Part shown: in pieces, positions 38,765 to 48,104 of the stretch
Layout: each line of letters opens with the position of its first letter
Position numbering within the stretch: position 1 is the stretch's first letter
Position numbers and translations under genes: made by a program
The notes under the pieces: model-generated
Told to the model about the DNA's origin: nothing
The model's input: only the letters and a program-made list of their open reading frames with translations
Databases searched by the model: none
Source of the DNA: Gemmatimonadota bacterium
GTDB lineage: Bacteria; Gemmatimonadota; Gemmatimonadetes; Gemmatimonadales; Gemmatimonadaceae
DNA length: 64,000 nucleotides
Direction: 5' to 3'
NCBI GenBank assembly: GCA_040389905.1
Contig: JAZJZK010000007.1
Coordinates: 223,492 to 287,491 of the forward strand

Positions 38765-39442
38765 ATGTCGATGATCAACTACGCGTCACGCGAGATCAAC
38801 TGCAAAATCGTGTACTACGGCTCGGGACTCGGCGGCAAGACCACGAATCTCGAGCATGTGTACGGCAAGGTGCAGCCGGATACCCGCGGCAAGCTCATCT
38901 CCCTCGCCACCGAAACCGAGCGCACGCTGTTTTTCGATTTCCTGCCGGTGGATCTCGGAACCATCCGCGGTTTCAAGACCCGCTTCCACCTGTATACGGT
39001 GCCGGGGCAGGTCTACTACAACGCGAGCCGAAAGCTCATCCTCAAGGGTGTCGATGGCCTCGTCTTCGTCGCGGATTCGCAGGTCGAGCGCATGGAAGCG
39101 AATCAGGAAGCGATGCAGAATCTTTACGACAACATGGCCGAGTACGGCTATGATTTGACGAAGATGCCGTTCATTATCCAGTACAACAAGCGCGATCTTC
39201 CGAACGCGGCACCGTTGAGTGAGCTCCAGGCCGCACTCAACCCCGGTTGGGAAGTCACGGACCCCGCAAAGCAGCGTGTCACGCCGGATCCGTATCATGC
39301 CGGCGAGAATCTCATCGAACAGCTGCCCACGGGTGAGTGGGTCGAGCGGGCGCAGTATTTCGAGGCCGTTGCGATGACGGGTGATGGTGTGTTCGAGACG
39401 CTCCGTGGCGTCAGCAAGCTGGTGCTCAAGTCCCTCGCATGA
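38765..39442 (+). CDS. mglA: MglA small Ras-like GTPase
   Basis: [44 protein letters not shown]. Confidence 0.95.
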   Translation: MSMINYASREINCKIVYYGSGLGGKTTNLEHVYGKVQPDTRGKLISLATETERTLFFDFLPVDLGTIRGFKTRFHLYTVPGQVYYNASRKLILKGVDGLVFVADSQVERMEANQEAMQNLYDNMAEYGYDLTKMPFIIQYNKRDLPNAAPLSELQAALNPGWEVTDPAKQRVTPDPYHAGENLIEQLPTGEWVERAQYFEAVAMTGDGVFETLRGVSKLVLKSLA

Positions 39443-40122
39443 ACCTTCCCAACGCCGTCACCGCCGGTCGCATCGCTGTCACGCCGCTCATCGCGTGGCT
39501 GCCACTTGCGCCGTCGTCGGCGTTGCGCCTCATCGCATTCCTGCTGTTCCTCATCGCCGCGATCACGGATTACATCGACGGGCAGCTTGCGCGGTCACGC
39601 AAGGAAGAAACCGATCTCGGTCGCTTGCTCGACCCCCTCGCGGACAAGCTGTTGCTCGTGGGCACCTGCATTCCGATGTTCATGCTCATGCGCCCCGTTT
39701 CGAGCGTCGCGAACTCGTGGCCGTCCAAGGCATTGGAGAACATCTTCCCGTTCCGCACCCCCTTCGGCGACGTTCCGCTCGCGTGGTGGGTGCTTGCCGT
39801 TGTACTCGGTCGCGAGCTGTTCATGACGATCTTCCGCCAGGTCGCGGCTCGTCGGGGCATTGTCATCTCGGCAATCGGGCCCGCGAAATGGAAGACGGCG
39901 CTGCAACTCATCTGGATCGGCGCGGCGTATTGCTGGTTCTTTGCGGCGACGCTTGCAGCCACCGAGGGGTGGGACACGACGCTGTGGAACAGCTTCGCCA
40001 ACTTCAACGGCATCGTCGGCGTGGCGGCCATGACGGGCTCGGTGCTGCTGACGCTGTATTCCCTCGTGCTCTACATGCGGTCGTATTCCCGCGTGTTCAC
40101 CGGGGCTCCGACGCGCGTCTAG
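39439..40122 (+). CDS. pgsA: CDP-alcohol phosphatidyltransferase (PgsA-like)
   Basis: NLPN..T..R, TDYIDG.LAR...[17 protein letters not shown]. Confidence 0.88.
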   Translation: MNLPNAVTAGRIAVTPLIAWLPLAPSSALRLIAFLLFLIAAITDYIDGQLARSRKEETDLGRLLDPLADKLLLVGTCIPMFMLMRPVSSVANSWPSKALENIFPFRTPFGDVPLAWWVLAVVLGRELFMTIFRQVAARRGIVISAIGPAKWKTALQLIWIGAAYCWFFAATLAATEGWDTTLWNSFANFNGIVGVAAMTGSVLLTLYSLVLYMRSYSRVFTGAPTRV

Positions 40123-40145
40123 CTCGCGGCGACTATTCCTCCGTT

Positions 40146-40195
40146 CGTTTTGTCGCCTGCCTGCCCTCGAGGAGCGCAGGGAAGGGCCCGCACCT
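40146..40195 (+). repeat. REP-like element, variant
   Basis: cgttttgtcgcc...gaagggcccgcacct. Confidence 0.8.
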
Positions 40196-40241
40196 ATCGT
40201 TGTGAGCCCAGATGAAACCCACCCCGAAATCTGAACGACGG

Positions 40242-40375
40242 TGCACCGGCACATTGAACGCGGATTGAGCGGATTGAAAGCGGATAAGTTCTGATTTCAA
40301 ACTTCCTTCTTGAAGTAGCTTTATCAGATGTGATCCGCCTCCATCTGCTCGATCCGCGTTCAATGTGCCGGTGCA
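40242..40375. mobile_element. MITE-like element, 134 bp, perfect 24-bp terminal inverted repeats
   Basis: tgcaccggcacattgaacgcggat...atccgcgttcaatgtgccggtgca; AT-richer core; second copy at 50842-50971. Confidence 0.7.
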
Positions 40376-40396
40376 AAGATCCTAGGATGGCCAAGG

Positions 40397-41644
40397 ATGA
40401 AAATTGAAGTCGTAACCATCGGCGACGAGCTGTTGCTCGGCTTCACCATCGACACCAACGCCGCACACCTCGCACGCACACTCGCCGCAGAAGGCGTCGA
40501 GATCGAGCGCCGGACAACATGCGGCGATACCGCGGAGTCCATCGCCACCGCCGTGCGCGAGGCGCTCGATCGCACCGGCGCCGTAATCACCACCGGCGGC
40601 CTTGGGCCCACGAGCGACGACCTCACCAAACCCTCCATCGCCGCGCTCTTCGGGCGCGAGATGGTCCTCGACCAGGAGCATCTCGACTGGATGCGGGAGC
40701 GGTGGCGGACGCGCTTTCAACGGCCGATGCCCGAATCGAATGTCCAGCAAGCCATGCTGCCGGCAGGTGCTCGTAAGTTGACCAACAATCACGGCTCGGC
40801 GCCCGGTATCTGGCTCGAGGATGAGCAGGGGCGGTGGGTCGCGATGCTTCCCGGTGTTCCCCGCGAAATGCGGGGAATGCTCGCCGACACCCTGCTTCCC
40901 CTGGTGCGCGAGCGACTCGGTGGCGACCATCGCGTCGTGCGGTCGCGCACGTTGCGTACGACTGGAATCGGCGAGTCGCATATCGCCGATCTGGTGGCCA
41001 CAATACCCGGTGGAGTCGGCGACGTCGGGCTGGCGTACCTGCCAAACGCCGATGGAACCGACCTGCGTCTTACCGTGCGCGGCGCCACCTCAGCGGATGC
41101 GGATGCCCGGCTCGGCGAAGCCGCGGCGAAGCTCTCTACAGTGGTTGGGGCGGCAACCTACGGAGAGGACCGAGCCGATCTGGCTGCCGTCGTGCTGGAC
41201 CTCTGTCGCGCACGCAGCATTTCCATCGGCGTCGCCGAAAGCTGCACCGGCGGCATGCTCGGCGCGCGGTTGACGGCTGTCCCCGGCAGCAGTGATGTCG
41301 TTCGAGGCGGCGTGATTTCCTATGACGACGCCATCAAGACGTCACTGCTCGGCGTTCCGGTCGACCTGTTGCAAGAGCACGGCGCGGTGAGCGAAGCGGT
41401 CGCGCGCGCGATGGCGGCCGGGGCGCGCGAACGGCTCGGCGTGCGGGCCGCGCTGGCGATTACCGGCATCGCGGGGCCCGGCGGCGGTTCGGAAACGAAG
41501 CCCGTGGGATTGGTCTGGATTTCGTTGGACCTCGACGGAGCCGTTGAGTCGCGCCGCTATATGATGGTCGGCGACCGCGGAGAGATACGGCACCGCTCGG
41601 CGCAGGCTGCCATGGAAATGCTTCGCCGCCGGCTGACAAGCTAA
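40397..41644 (+). CDS. cinA: CinA (MoCo-binding-like domain plus NMN deamidase)
   Basis: IGDELL.G..IDTN, GGLGPT.DD.T, LPGVP.EM, AESCTGG, ITGIAGPGG. Confidence 0.95.
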   Translation: MKIEVVTIGDELLLGFTIDTNAAHLARTLAAEGVEIERRTTCGDTAESIATAVREALDRTGAVITTGGLGPTSDDLTKPSIAALFGREMVLDQEHLDWMRERWRTRFQRPMPESNVQQAMLPAGARKLTNNHGSAPGIWLEDEQGRWVAMLPGVPREMRGMLADTLLPLVRERLGGDHRVVRSRTLRTTGIGESHIADLVATIPGGVGDVGLAYLPNADGTDLRLTVRGATSADADARLGEAAAKLSTVVGAATYGEDRADLAAVVLDLCRARSISIGVAESCTGGMLGARLTAVPGSSDVVRGGVISYDDAIKTSLLGVPVDLLQEHGAVSEAVARAMAAGARERLGVRAALAITGIAGPGGGSETKPVGLVWISLDLDGAVESRRYMMVGDRGEIRHRSAQAAMEMLRRRLTS

Positions 41645-41672
41645 GCGGGTCCGCATCTTATGCCGTTGCGCT

Positions 41673-41711
41673 TGTTTTGTCGCCCTGAGCGAAGCGAAGG
41701 GCCCGGACCTG
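41673..41711 (+). repeat. REP-like element
   Basis: tgttttgtcgccctgagcgaagcgaagggcccggacctg. Confidence 0.85.
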
Positions 41712-41747
41712 TTGCTGCCGCTCATCCTATCCGCGACATTTAACCCT

Positions 41748-42296
41748 ATGTCCGAAGAACAGAATCTCGAAGCAGACGAAGTCCCCGAGCTCGAAGAGGA
41801 GCAGGTGGAGCAGGCCGCGCAGGTTGACCACGTGCAACCCGCCGCAGCCGAAGACCCGCCAGTGACAGACGAGCAGCGCGACAAGTACCTCCGTCTCGCT
41901 GCCGAATACGACAACTACCGGCGCCGGACAGTCAAAGAGCGGCAGGAAGCGCATCTCCGCGGTCAGGCTGACATGCTCAAGGGCCTCATCGACCCACTCG
42001 ATGACATCGGCCGCTTCGCGCACGTCGATCCCGCGACGACCGATTCCCAGACGCTTGTCGACGGCGTGGCCATGGTCGAGAAGAAGCTCGCCAAGACGCT
42101 CGCTGGCCATGGTCTCGAGATCGTCAATCCGCTCGACCATCCCTTCGACCCGGCGCTCCACGAGGCCGTGATGACCGAGCCCGCCGGCTCGGAAGAAGAA
42201 GATCACCTGGTCGCTCGCGTGTTCCAAGTCGGCTACGTGTTCAACGGACAGTTGCTGCGTCCGGCGCGCGTAGTCGTGAAGCAATGGAACGGTTGA
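41748..42296 (+). CDS. grpE: Nucleotide exchange factor GrpE
   Basis: [35 protein letters not shown]. Confidence 0.96.
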   Translation: MSEEQNLEADEVPELEEEQVEQAAQVDHVQPAAAEDPPVTDEQRDKYLRLAAEYDNYRRRTVKERQEAHLRGQADMLKGLIDPLDDIGRFAHVDPATTDSQTLVDGVAMVEKKLAKTLAGHGLEIVNPLDHPFDPALHEAVMTEPAGSEEEDHLVARVFQVGYVFNGQLLRPARVVVKQWNG

Positions 42297-42303
42297 CTAC
42301 GTA

Positions 42304-43458
42304 GTGCCTGCCATGGGCAGTCAAGACTACTACGCCGTACTCGGCGTTCCTGCGAGCGCGTCGCAGGACGAGATCAAGAAGCAGTATCGCAAACTCGCGG
42401 CGAAGCACCACCCGGACAAGAATCCGAACGACCCCAAGGCCGCCGACGTCTTCAAGGGGATTTCCGAGGCGTACCAAACGCTCGGTGATGCTGACAAGCG
42501 CAAGCAGTACGACGAAATGCGCAGGCTTGGCGCGTTCGGAGGGTTCGGTGGTGGCGGAGGCCGCGCGGGAGGTCAGCAAGGCCGCCCTGGCGCGCAGTAC
42601 GGTTATCCGCCGCCGGGCTCCACGGGCAACATCCGCATGGAAGATTTCGACATCGGCGGCCTCGGCGGCCTTGGCGACATCTTCAGTTCGATGTTTGGCG
42701 GCGGCGCTGCGAAGACGGGCGCAGGCAAAACACGCGGCCCGCAACGCGGCAACGATATCGAATCGACGTTGGACGTTGCTTTCCGCACGGCGGTGCTGGG
42801 CGGCAAGGTCGGCGTCGAGCTCGACCTGAACGAAGAATGCGGCACCTGCCACGGCAACGGCGCCGCACCGGGCGCGAAGATGGTGACGTGCACCGAGTGC
42901 AATGGTCGCGGAACCATCAGCTTCGGGCAGGGCGGCTTTGCGGTTCAGCGGCCGTGCCCCGTTTGCCTCGGTCGGGGTCAGACCCCAACGGAACGGTGTC
43001 CGACCTGCGCCGGTGCCGGTGAAGTCCGCACCCGCAAGAAGGTGCAGATCACGGTGCCCACCGGTGTCGACACCGGCACGAAGATCAGGCTCAAGGGGCA
43101 GGGCGCGAAAGGCATCAAGGGCGGCCAGGCCGGCGACCTGCTCATCACGTTTCACGTGAGCCCAGACAAGTTCTACAAGCGCGAGGGCCTCGATTTGATC
43201 GCGCCCGTTCCCCTCAGCATCGTCGATGCGACGCTGGGCAAGACCGTCAACGTGAAATCGGTGGACGGAACCAAAGTCTCGATCAAGATTCCGCCAGGTA
43301 CGCAGAACGGAAAACGCTTCCGCGTGCGTGGGCAGGGCATCGAGAAGGATGGTTCACGCGGCGACCTGATCATGCAGGCGGACGTGAAAGTCCCGGAGAA
43401 GCTGACGCCCGAGCAGGAAGAGGCGCTGAAGGTCTTTGCCGAGGCGATGAAGAAGTAG
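42304..43458 (+). CDS. dnaJ: Chaperone DnaJ
   Basis: J domain with HPD, G/F region, four CxxCxGxG motifs; start GTG 42304 or ATG 42313. Confidence 0.95.
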   Translation: MPAMGSQDYYAVLGVPASASQDEIKKQYRKLAAKHHPDKNPNDPKAADVFKGISEAYQTLGDADKRKQYDEMRRLGAFGGFGGGGGRAGGQQGRPGAQYGYPPPGSTGNIRMEDFDIGGLGGLGDIFSSMFGGGAAKTGAGKTRGPQRGNDIESTLDVAFRTAVLGGKVGVELDLNEECGTCHGNGAAPGAKMVTCTECNGRGTISFGQGGFAVQRPCPVCLGRGQTPTERCPTCAGAGEVRTRKKVQITVPTGVDTGTKIRLKGQGAKGIKGGQAGDLLITFHVSPDKFYKREGLDLIAPVPLSIVDATLGKTVNVKSVDGTKVSIKIPPGTQNGKRFRVRGQGIEKDGSRGDLIMQADVKVPEKLTPEQEEALKVFAEAMKK

Positions 43459-43479
43459 AGGGGCTCGCTCGAAGCGCCT

Positions 43480-44571
43480 TTACGCCGCCAGAATCGGCAG
43501 TTCGCGCCGCGCGCGCTCGATCACGCCGCCGCCGAGCACCGTGTTTCCAGCATACATGACGACTGACTGCCCAGGCGTAATCGCCGACGCACCGTCGGCG
43601 AGCGCGATCTCCACCTCGTCCGCATCAATCCGAACGAGTGCGCCGCGCACCGGCCGAGCGCGATGACGAATCTGCACCTCGACCTCGTCTCCCACCGCGG
43701 GCGCATCCACCAGCCAGTTGATCTCGCGCGCCACCACACCGCGTCCAATCAACGCCTCGCGCGGTCCGATCACCACGTCGCGAGATGCGGGACGAATCTC
43801 CACCACGAACATCGGCTCGCGAAATCCGCCGGGCAAACCTCGGCGCTGGCCGACGGTAAAGCGTGCGAAGCCATCATGCTCGCCGAGCACCGCGCCGGAC
43901 ATCGAGACGAATGCTCCCGGCCGTAGTGACGGTGCATCCGCGCCGAGTGTTCGTGCGATGATCTTCGTGTGATCGCCGTCGGGAACGAAGCAGATATCCT
44001 GGCTCTCGGGCTTTTCCGCGATCAGTTCCAACCCGAGCGAATGCGCAACGGCGCGCGTCTCCGCCTTGGTCTGTGCGCCAACCGGCAGGATCATGCGCGA
44101 CAACACCGCCCGATTGATGCCCCAGAGGAAGTACGACTGGTCCTTCGCCGGATCGAGCCCGCGGTGCAGCACTGCATTTCGCACCTGGGCGTAGTGCCCC
44201 GTTGCGACCCAACGCGCGTCGATCCCGTCGGCCTTTCGCACCAGGTCGCGGAACTTGGTGAACGTGTTGCAGCGCACGCACGGAATGGGCGTCCGTCCCC
44301 GCGCGTATTCGTCCACGAAATCCTGCACCACGTCGCTCCCGAAGGCACTCTCGAGATTGAGCACGTAGTGCGGCACGCCGAGCTGCTCGCAGATGCGGCG
44401 CGCGTCGTTCACGCTGTCCAGGGAGCAGCAGGGCCGGTCGGGCAAATCTTCGCCGTGGCAGAACAGCTTCATCGTCGCGCCGACGACGTCATATCCCTGC
44501 TCGACGAGCAACGCCGCAGCGACAGACGAGTCCACGCCTCCACTCATCGCGACCAGCACACGCTCGCGCAT
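43480..44571 (-). CDS. mnmA: tRNA 2-thiouridylase MnmA
   Basis: AMSGGVDS, PIPCVRCN, ATGHYA, KDQSYFL, ESQDICF, TVGQRRG, TPGQ. Confidence 0.97.
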   Translation of the reverse strand: MRERVLVAMSGGVDSSVAAALLVEQGYDVVGATMKLFCHGEDLPDRPCCSLDSVNDARRICEQLGVPHYVLNLESAFGSDVVQDFVDEYARGRTPIPCVRCNTFTKFRDLVRKADGIDARWVATGHYAQVRNAVLHRGLDPAKDQSYFLWGINRAVLSRMILPVGAQTKAETRAVAHSLGLELIAEKPESQDICFVPDGDHTKIIARTLGADAPSLRPGAFVSMSGAVLGEHDGFARFTVGQRRGLPGGFREPMFVVEIRPASRDVVIGPREALIGRGVVAREINWLVDAPAVGDEVEVQIRHRARPVRGALVRIDADEVEIALADGASAITPGQSVVMYAGNTVLGGGVIERARRELPILAA

Positions 44572-44578
44572 CAGGTAA

Positions 44579-45736
44579 TCACGCCGTCGCGAGACGGCGC
44601 GCCTTCTCCACGAGCATGGGGAACACTTCTCCCACCCGCTCGACGCACGCATCGGTGTTCATGCATCCGAGGCTCATCCGAATCGCGGACGAGGCCAGGT
44701 CTGCCGGGACGCCGATGGCCGCGAGCACGTGGGACGGCGTGATGCTCCCGCTCTGGCATGCCGAACCGGCGGAGCAGGCAATGCCGCGGAGGTCGAGCGC
44801 CATGAGCAATGACTCGCTGTCGGTGCCTGGCACGGAGACGTTCAGGATGTGCGGCGCGCGCGGCGCACCGCGTCCGTGGATAACCGCGTCCGGAATGCGC
44901 TCCAGCAATATCGATTCGAGCCGGTCGCGGAGTGTCTCGAGCGTCTTCCACTCATGCTCACGCTCGGCGACCGCGAGTTCGGCGGCACGCGCCAACCCGA
45001 CCGCCATCGCGACGTTCTCAGTGCCGGGGCGGCGGCCGCGGTCCTGCGCGCCGCCGAACATGAGCGGCTCGATCGGGGTGCCGCGCCGAACGTACAGTGC
45101 GCCGATTCCCTTCGGTGCTCCGATCTTGTGACCGGAGAGCGAGAGGACGTCGAACGGAGTCGTGCGTGCATTGATGTCGATCTTTCCAAAGGCCTGCACG
45201 GCGTCCGTGTGAAACACGACGCCGCGCGCCTTCGCTCGCTCCGCAAGCTCGGCGATTGGCTGGATGACGCCGATCTCGTTGTTGACCCACATCACCGAGC
45301 ACACGGCGACGTCATCTCGCACCAATTCATCGAACGATGCGCCATCGACCAGCCCGTCGCGCGTCATGGCGACGATGCGTTCGTCACCCCCCTCCTTCGC
45401 GATCTGATGGGCCGCCGCCAGAACTGCCTTGTGCTCGATCGGCGTGGTGACGACGCCTGGCCGTCCCTTTCCATGCTGCGCTCGCCAGACCCCAAGGAGC
45501 GCCATGTTGTCTGCTTCGGTACCACAGGAGGTGAAGATCACTTCGTCAGCGGATGCGCCTAGACATCGAGCGACCCGCTCGTGCGCCTCGTCGAGCGCGG
45601 TGCGCGCCTCGCGGCCCCACCGGTGCACGCTGGACGGGTTGCCGAAGCGTGGGCCGAAAAACGGCTGCATGGCTTCGAGCACCTCGTCGCGCACGGGCGT
45701 GGTGGCCGCGTGGTCGAGATAAATGGGGGCTGGCAT
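44579..45736 (-). CDS. iscS: Cysteine desulfurase (IscS/NifS group I)
   Basis: IYLDHAATTP, NPSSVH, HTDAVQ, SGHKIGAPKG, SAGSAC. Confidence 0.93.
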   Translation of the reverse strand: MPAPIYLDHAATTPVRDEVLEAMQPFFGPRFGNPSSVHRWGREARTALDEAHERVARCLGASADEVIFTSCGTEADNMALLGVWRAQHGKGRPGVVTTPIEHKAVLAAAHQIAKEGGDERIVAMTRDGLVDGASFDELVRDDVAVCSVMWVNNEIGVIQPIAELAERAKARGVVFHTDAVQAFGKIDINARTTPFDVLSLSGHKIGAPKGIGALYVRRGTPIEPLMFGGAQDRGRRPGTENVAMAVGLARAAELAVAEREHEWKTLETLRDRLESILLERIPDAVIHGRGAPRAPHILNVSVPGTDSESLLMALDLRGIACSAGSACQSGSITPSHVLAAIGVPADLASSAIRMSLGCMNTDACVERVGEVFPMLVEKARRLATA

Positions 45737-45765
45737 AGAGAGGAAAGATAATCAAATCGACAGCG

Positions 45766-46539
45766 AACCTACGTACTCAGTACCAAGTACAACCACATAC
45801 GTACCAAGTACCCGGACCCGGTACCCGGACTGGCACCCGAGCCAAAGAGAGCCATCGAACCTTCGGTGAGTGCGACGGGACACACGTACGAGGTACCTGG
45901 AACCGTGTACCCGGGACTGGCCCTCCAGCCAAGAGGAGCCATAGACAGCTCCTGCGCGCTACGACGTGATACCTCACGACAACCGGCCCAAGCAGGCCCC
46001 ATCGATACATTCGATGCCATCAAGCGGGTCGATGGCTCTCCTTGGGTTGAATGCCAATCAGGGTACCAGGTTCCGGGTACCTCGTACGTTTGTGGTTGTA
46101 CTGAGTACGTATGTACGTCAGTTCAGCCCCTTATGTCCCGTAGAACTTCGCGAAACCTACGTACTCAGTACCAAGTACAACCACATACGTACCAAGTACC
46201 CGGACCCGGTACCCGGACTGGCACCCGAGCCAAAGAGAGCCATCGAACCTTCGGTGAGTGCGACGGGACACACGTACGAGGTACCTGGAACCGTGTACCC
46301 GGACTGGCCCTCCTGCCAAGAGGAGCCATAGACAGCTCCTGCGCGCTACGACGTGATTTCTCACGACAACCAGCCCAAGCAGGCCCGATGGATGCATTCG
46401 ATGCCATCAAGCGGGTCGATGGCTCTTCTTGGGTTGAATGCCAATCAGGGTACCAGGTTCCGGGTACTTCGTACGTTTGTGGTTGTACTGAGTGCGTATG
46501 TACGTCAGTTCAGCCCCTTAAGTCCCGTAGAACTTCGCG
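45766..46539. repeat. Tandem duplication (388/387-bp units), each with three GTAC-rich repeats (two forward, one reverse) plus the last codons of kynA
   Basis: Unit 1 45766-46153 and unit 2 46154-46540 are near-identical (a few substitutions, one 1-nt indel). Confidence 0.95.
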
Positions 46540-47258
46540 CGTACTTCCCAGAGTGCAGGAAAGAACTTCTGGTCGATCGTCTTCAGCAGGTATTTAGCCC
46601 CGAGCGTCCCACCCGTGCCCCCAGTCATCGGCCCGAGCACCCGCTCGACCAGCTGCACGTGACTGAAGCGCCACTGCGCGAACTGTTGTTCGTACTCGAG
46701 CAGCGATTCGGCGAGAAAGAAGAGCGTCGTCGGCCGCTCACCCACGTACAGCGATTCGAGCGTCGCGTCCGAGACGCGCAGCAGATCGAGGAAAAGCTCC
46801 TGCAGCGTCGGCCGGCCGAGCGCACGTTCGACGACGGCGGGGATCGGCCCATGCTCGGCGAGCACATGGAGAAAATGCGGGTCGCGCATGCCCGACACGG
46901 CCTCGATCGCGCGAAACTGCACGCTCTGTGAGCCGCTCGACGTGCCAAGGTGGCGGCGGAATTCCGCGAAGTGCTGCGGTGGCAGCGTCTCGAGCGCCGA
47001 AAGCTGCGCGGACACGATCCGCATCAGCGCATTGATGCGGCCCATTCGAAAAACGGCGAACTCCGCTTCACGAGCGACGAAGTGGTCGATCAACAGGTCG
47101 AGCTCGTGGAGGATCTCCTTGAACCACAGCTCACTCGCCTGGTGCACGACGATGAACAGGAGCTCATCGGGGTGCGGCGATCGCGTGCGCTGCAACTCGA
47201 GCAGTTCGTCGAGCGCGAGATACGATCCGTACGTGACGTCGCTGTGATCGTCGCTCAA
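46518..47258 (-). CDS. kynA: Tryptophan 2,3-dioxygenase family protein
   Basis: TYGSYL.LD.LL, DELLFIVVHQASELWFK, SSGSQSVQFR, GTGGT.G..YL; TTG start overlaps the bshB1 stop. Confidence 0.88.
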   Translation of the reverse strand: MSDDHSDVTYGSYLALDELLELQRTRSPHPDELLFIVVHQASELWFKEILHELDLLIDHFVAREAEFAVFRMGRINALMRIVSAQLSALETLPPQHFAEFRRHLGTSSGSQSVQFRAIEAVSGMRDPHFLHVLAEHGPIPAVVERALGRPTLQELFLDLLRVSDATLESLYVGERPTTLFFLAESLLEYEQQFAQWRFSHVQLVERVLGPMTGGTGGTLGAKYLLKTIDQKFFPALWEVRAKFYGT

Positions 47259-47974
47259 AACGTTGCGACCTCGAGCGCGTTGATATCGTCCACGCGCATC
47301 ATTTCGGTGGTGTAGAAAGGTTCGCCGTAGCGCGTGCGGATGAGCGCCCCGTACGTCGCCGCATAGTGCCGGACCATGTCGTAGAGCGGCTCGCCGTTGG
47401 GATACACCTCACCGGCTTGCGTTTCGCCATCGAACTGCGACGCATAACACTTCACGGCCGCCAGCTTCTGCTCGAACTCGTCGCTGATGTCGACGACGAA
47501 TGTCGGCTTCACGAAGTCCTGCCGGTACGTCAGCGAATGCAGAATCTTGAGCGGCCGGTGCTTTGGCACATCCGGCGCGATCTTCTTGAGGCCAGCCACG
47601 AAGCACGCGTCGCGCACGAGCTGCGCGGTGATGCGATGATCCGGATGGCGGCCCTCGAGGGAAGGCGCGATCACCACGCGGGGCGCGAAGCGGCGAATGA
47701 CGCGGGCCAACGCCTCACGCGTCGCCGGCGTGTTCTCGACACCTGCATCCGGAAGCCCAAGTGTCTCTCGCGCGCTACAGCCAAGTACCGCGGCCGCGCG
47801 ATCGGCCTCCTCGCCGCGAAGCTGTGCGGAGCCGCGCGTGCCCAGCTCACCCTGCGTGAGGTCGAGAATGGCCGTTCGCTGGCCCCTTTTCACGGCCTTG
47901 ATCAGCGTGCCGCCACACGTGAGTTCGACGTCGTCTCGGTGTGCCGCAATGGCCAGGATGTCGACTGGGGTCAT
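47255..47974 (-). CDS. bshB1: Bacillithiol biosynthesis deacetylase BshB1-like (PIG-L family)
   Basis: AHRDDVELTCGGT, DLTQGELGTRG, RHPDH, FVVDIS, YGEPF. Confidence 0.85.
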   Translation of the reverse strand: MTPVDILAIAAHRDDVELTCGGTLIKAVKRGQRTAILDLTQGELGTRGSAQLRGEEADRAAAVLGCSARETLGLPDAGVENTPATREALARVIRRFAPRVVIAPSLEGRHPDHRITAQLVRDACFVAGLKKIAPDVPKHRPLKILHSLTYRQDFVKPTFVVDISDEFEQKLAAVKCYASQFDGETQAGEVYPNGEPLYDMVRHYAATYGALIRTRYGEPFYTTEMMRVDDINALEVATF

Positions 47975-47993
47975 CGCGAGAATATAGCCGGAA

Positions 47994-48082
47994 TGTCACC
48001 CCGAGCGAGCAAAGCGAGTCGAGGGGTCTGCACCTCGCAAACAGCGGAACGTGCAGATCCCTCGACTTCGCTCGGGATGACA
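47994..48082. repeat. REP doublet (TGTCATCCCGAGCGAAGTCGAGGGATCT family)
   Basis: Two inverted palindromic units; near reverse complement of 50714-50804. Confidence 0.9.
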
Positions 48083-48104
48083 ACCCGGCATCCTTCCCCC
48101 TGTC

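Noticed and set aside
41748..43458. grpE-dnaJ without dnaK, and cinA without recA
   Set aside because: Split arrangements are common; the partners probably lie elsewhere in the genome.
45766..46539. Possible CRISPR array, or coding ORFs (45866..46597, 45966..46331 and others)
   Set aside because: Long units in mixed orientation with duplicated spacers; the ORFs are translations of the repeat (YQVPGT, VPRT) that recur at 20.5 and 34.7 kb.
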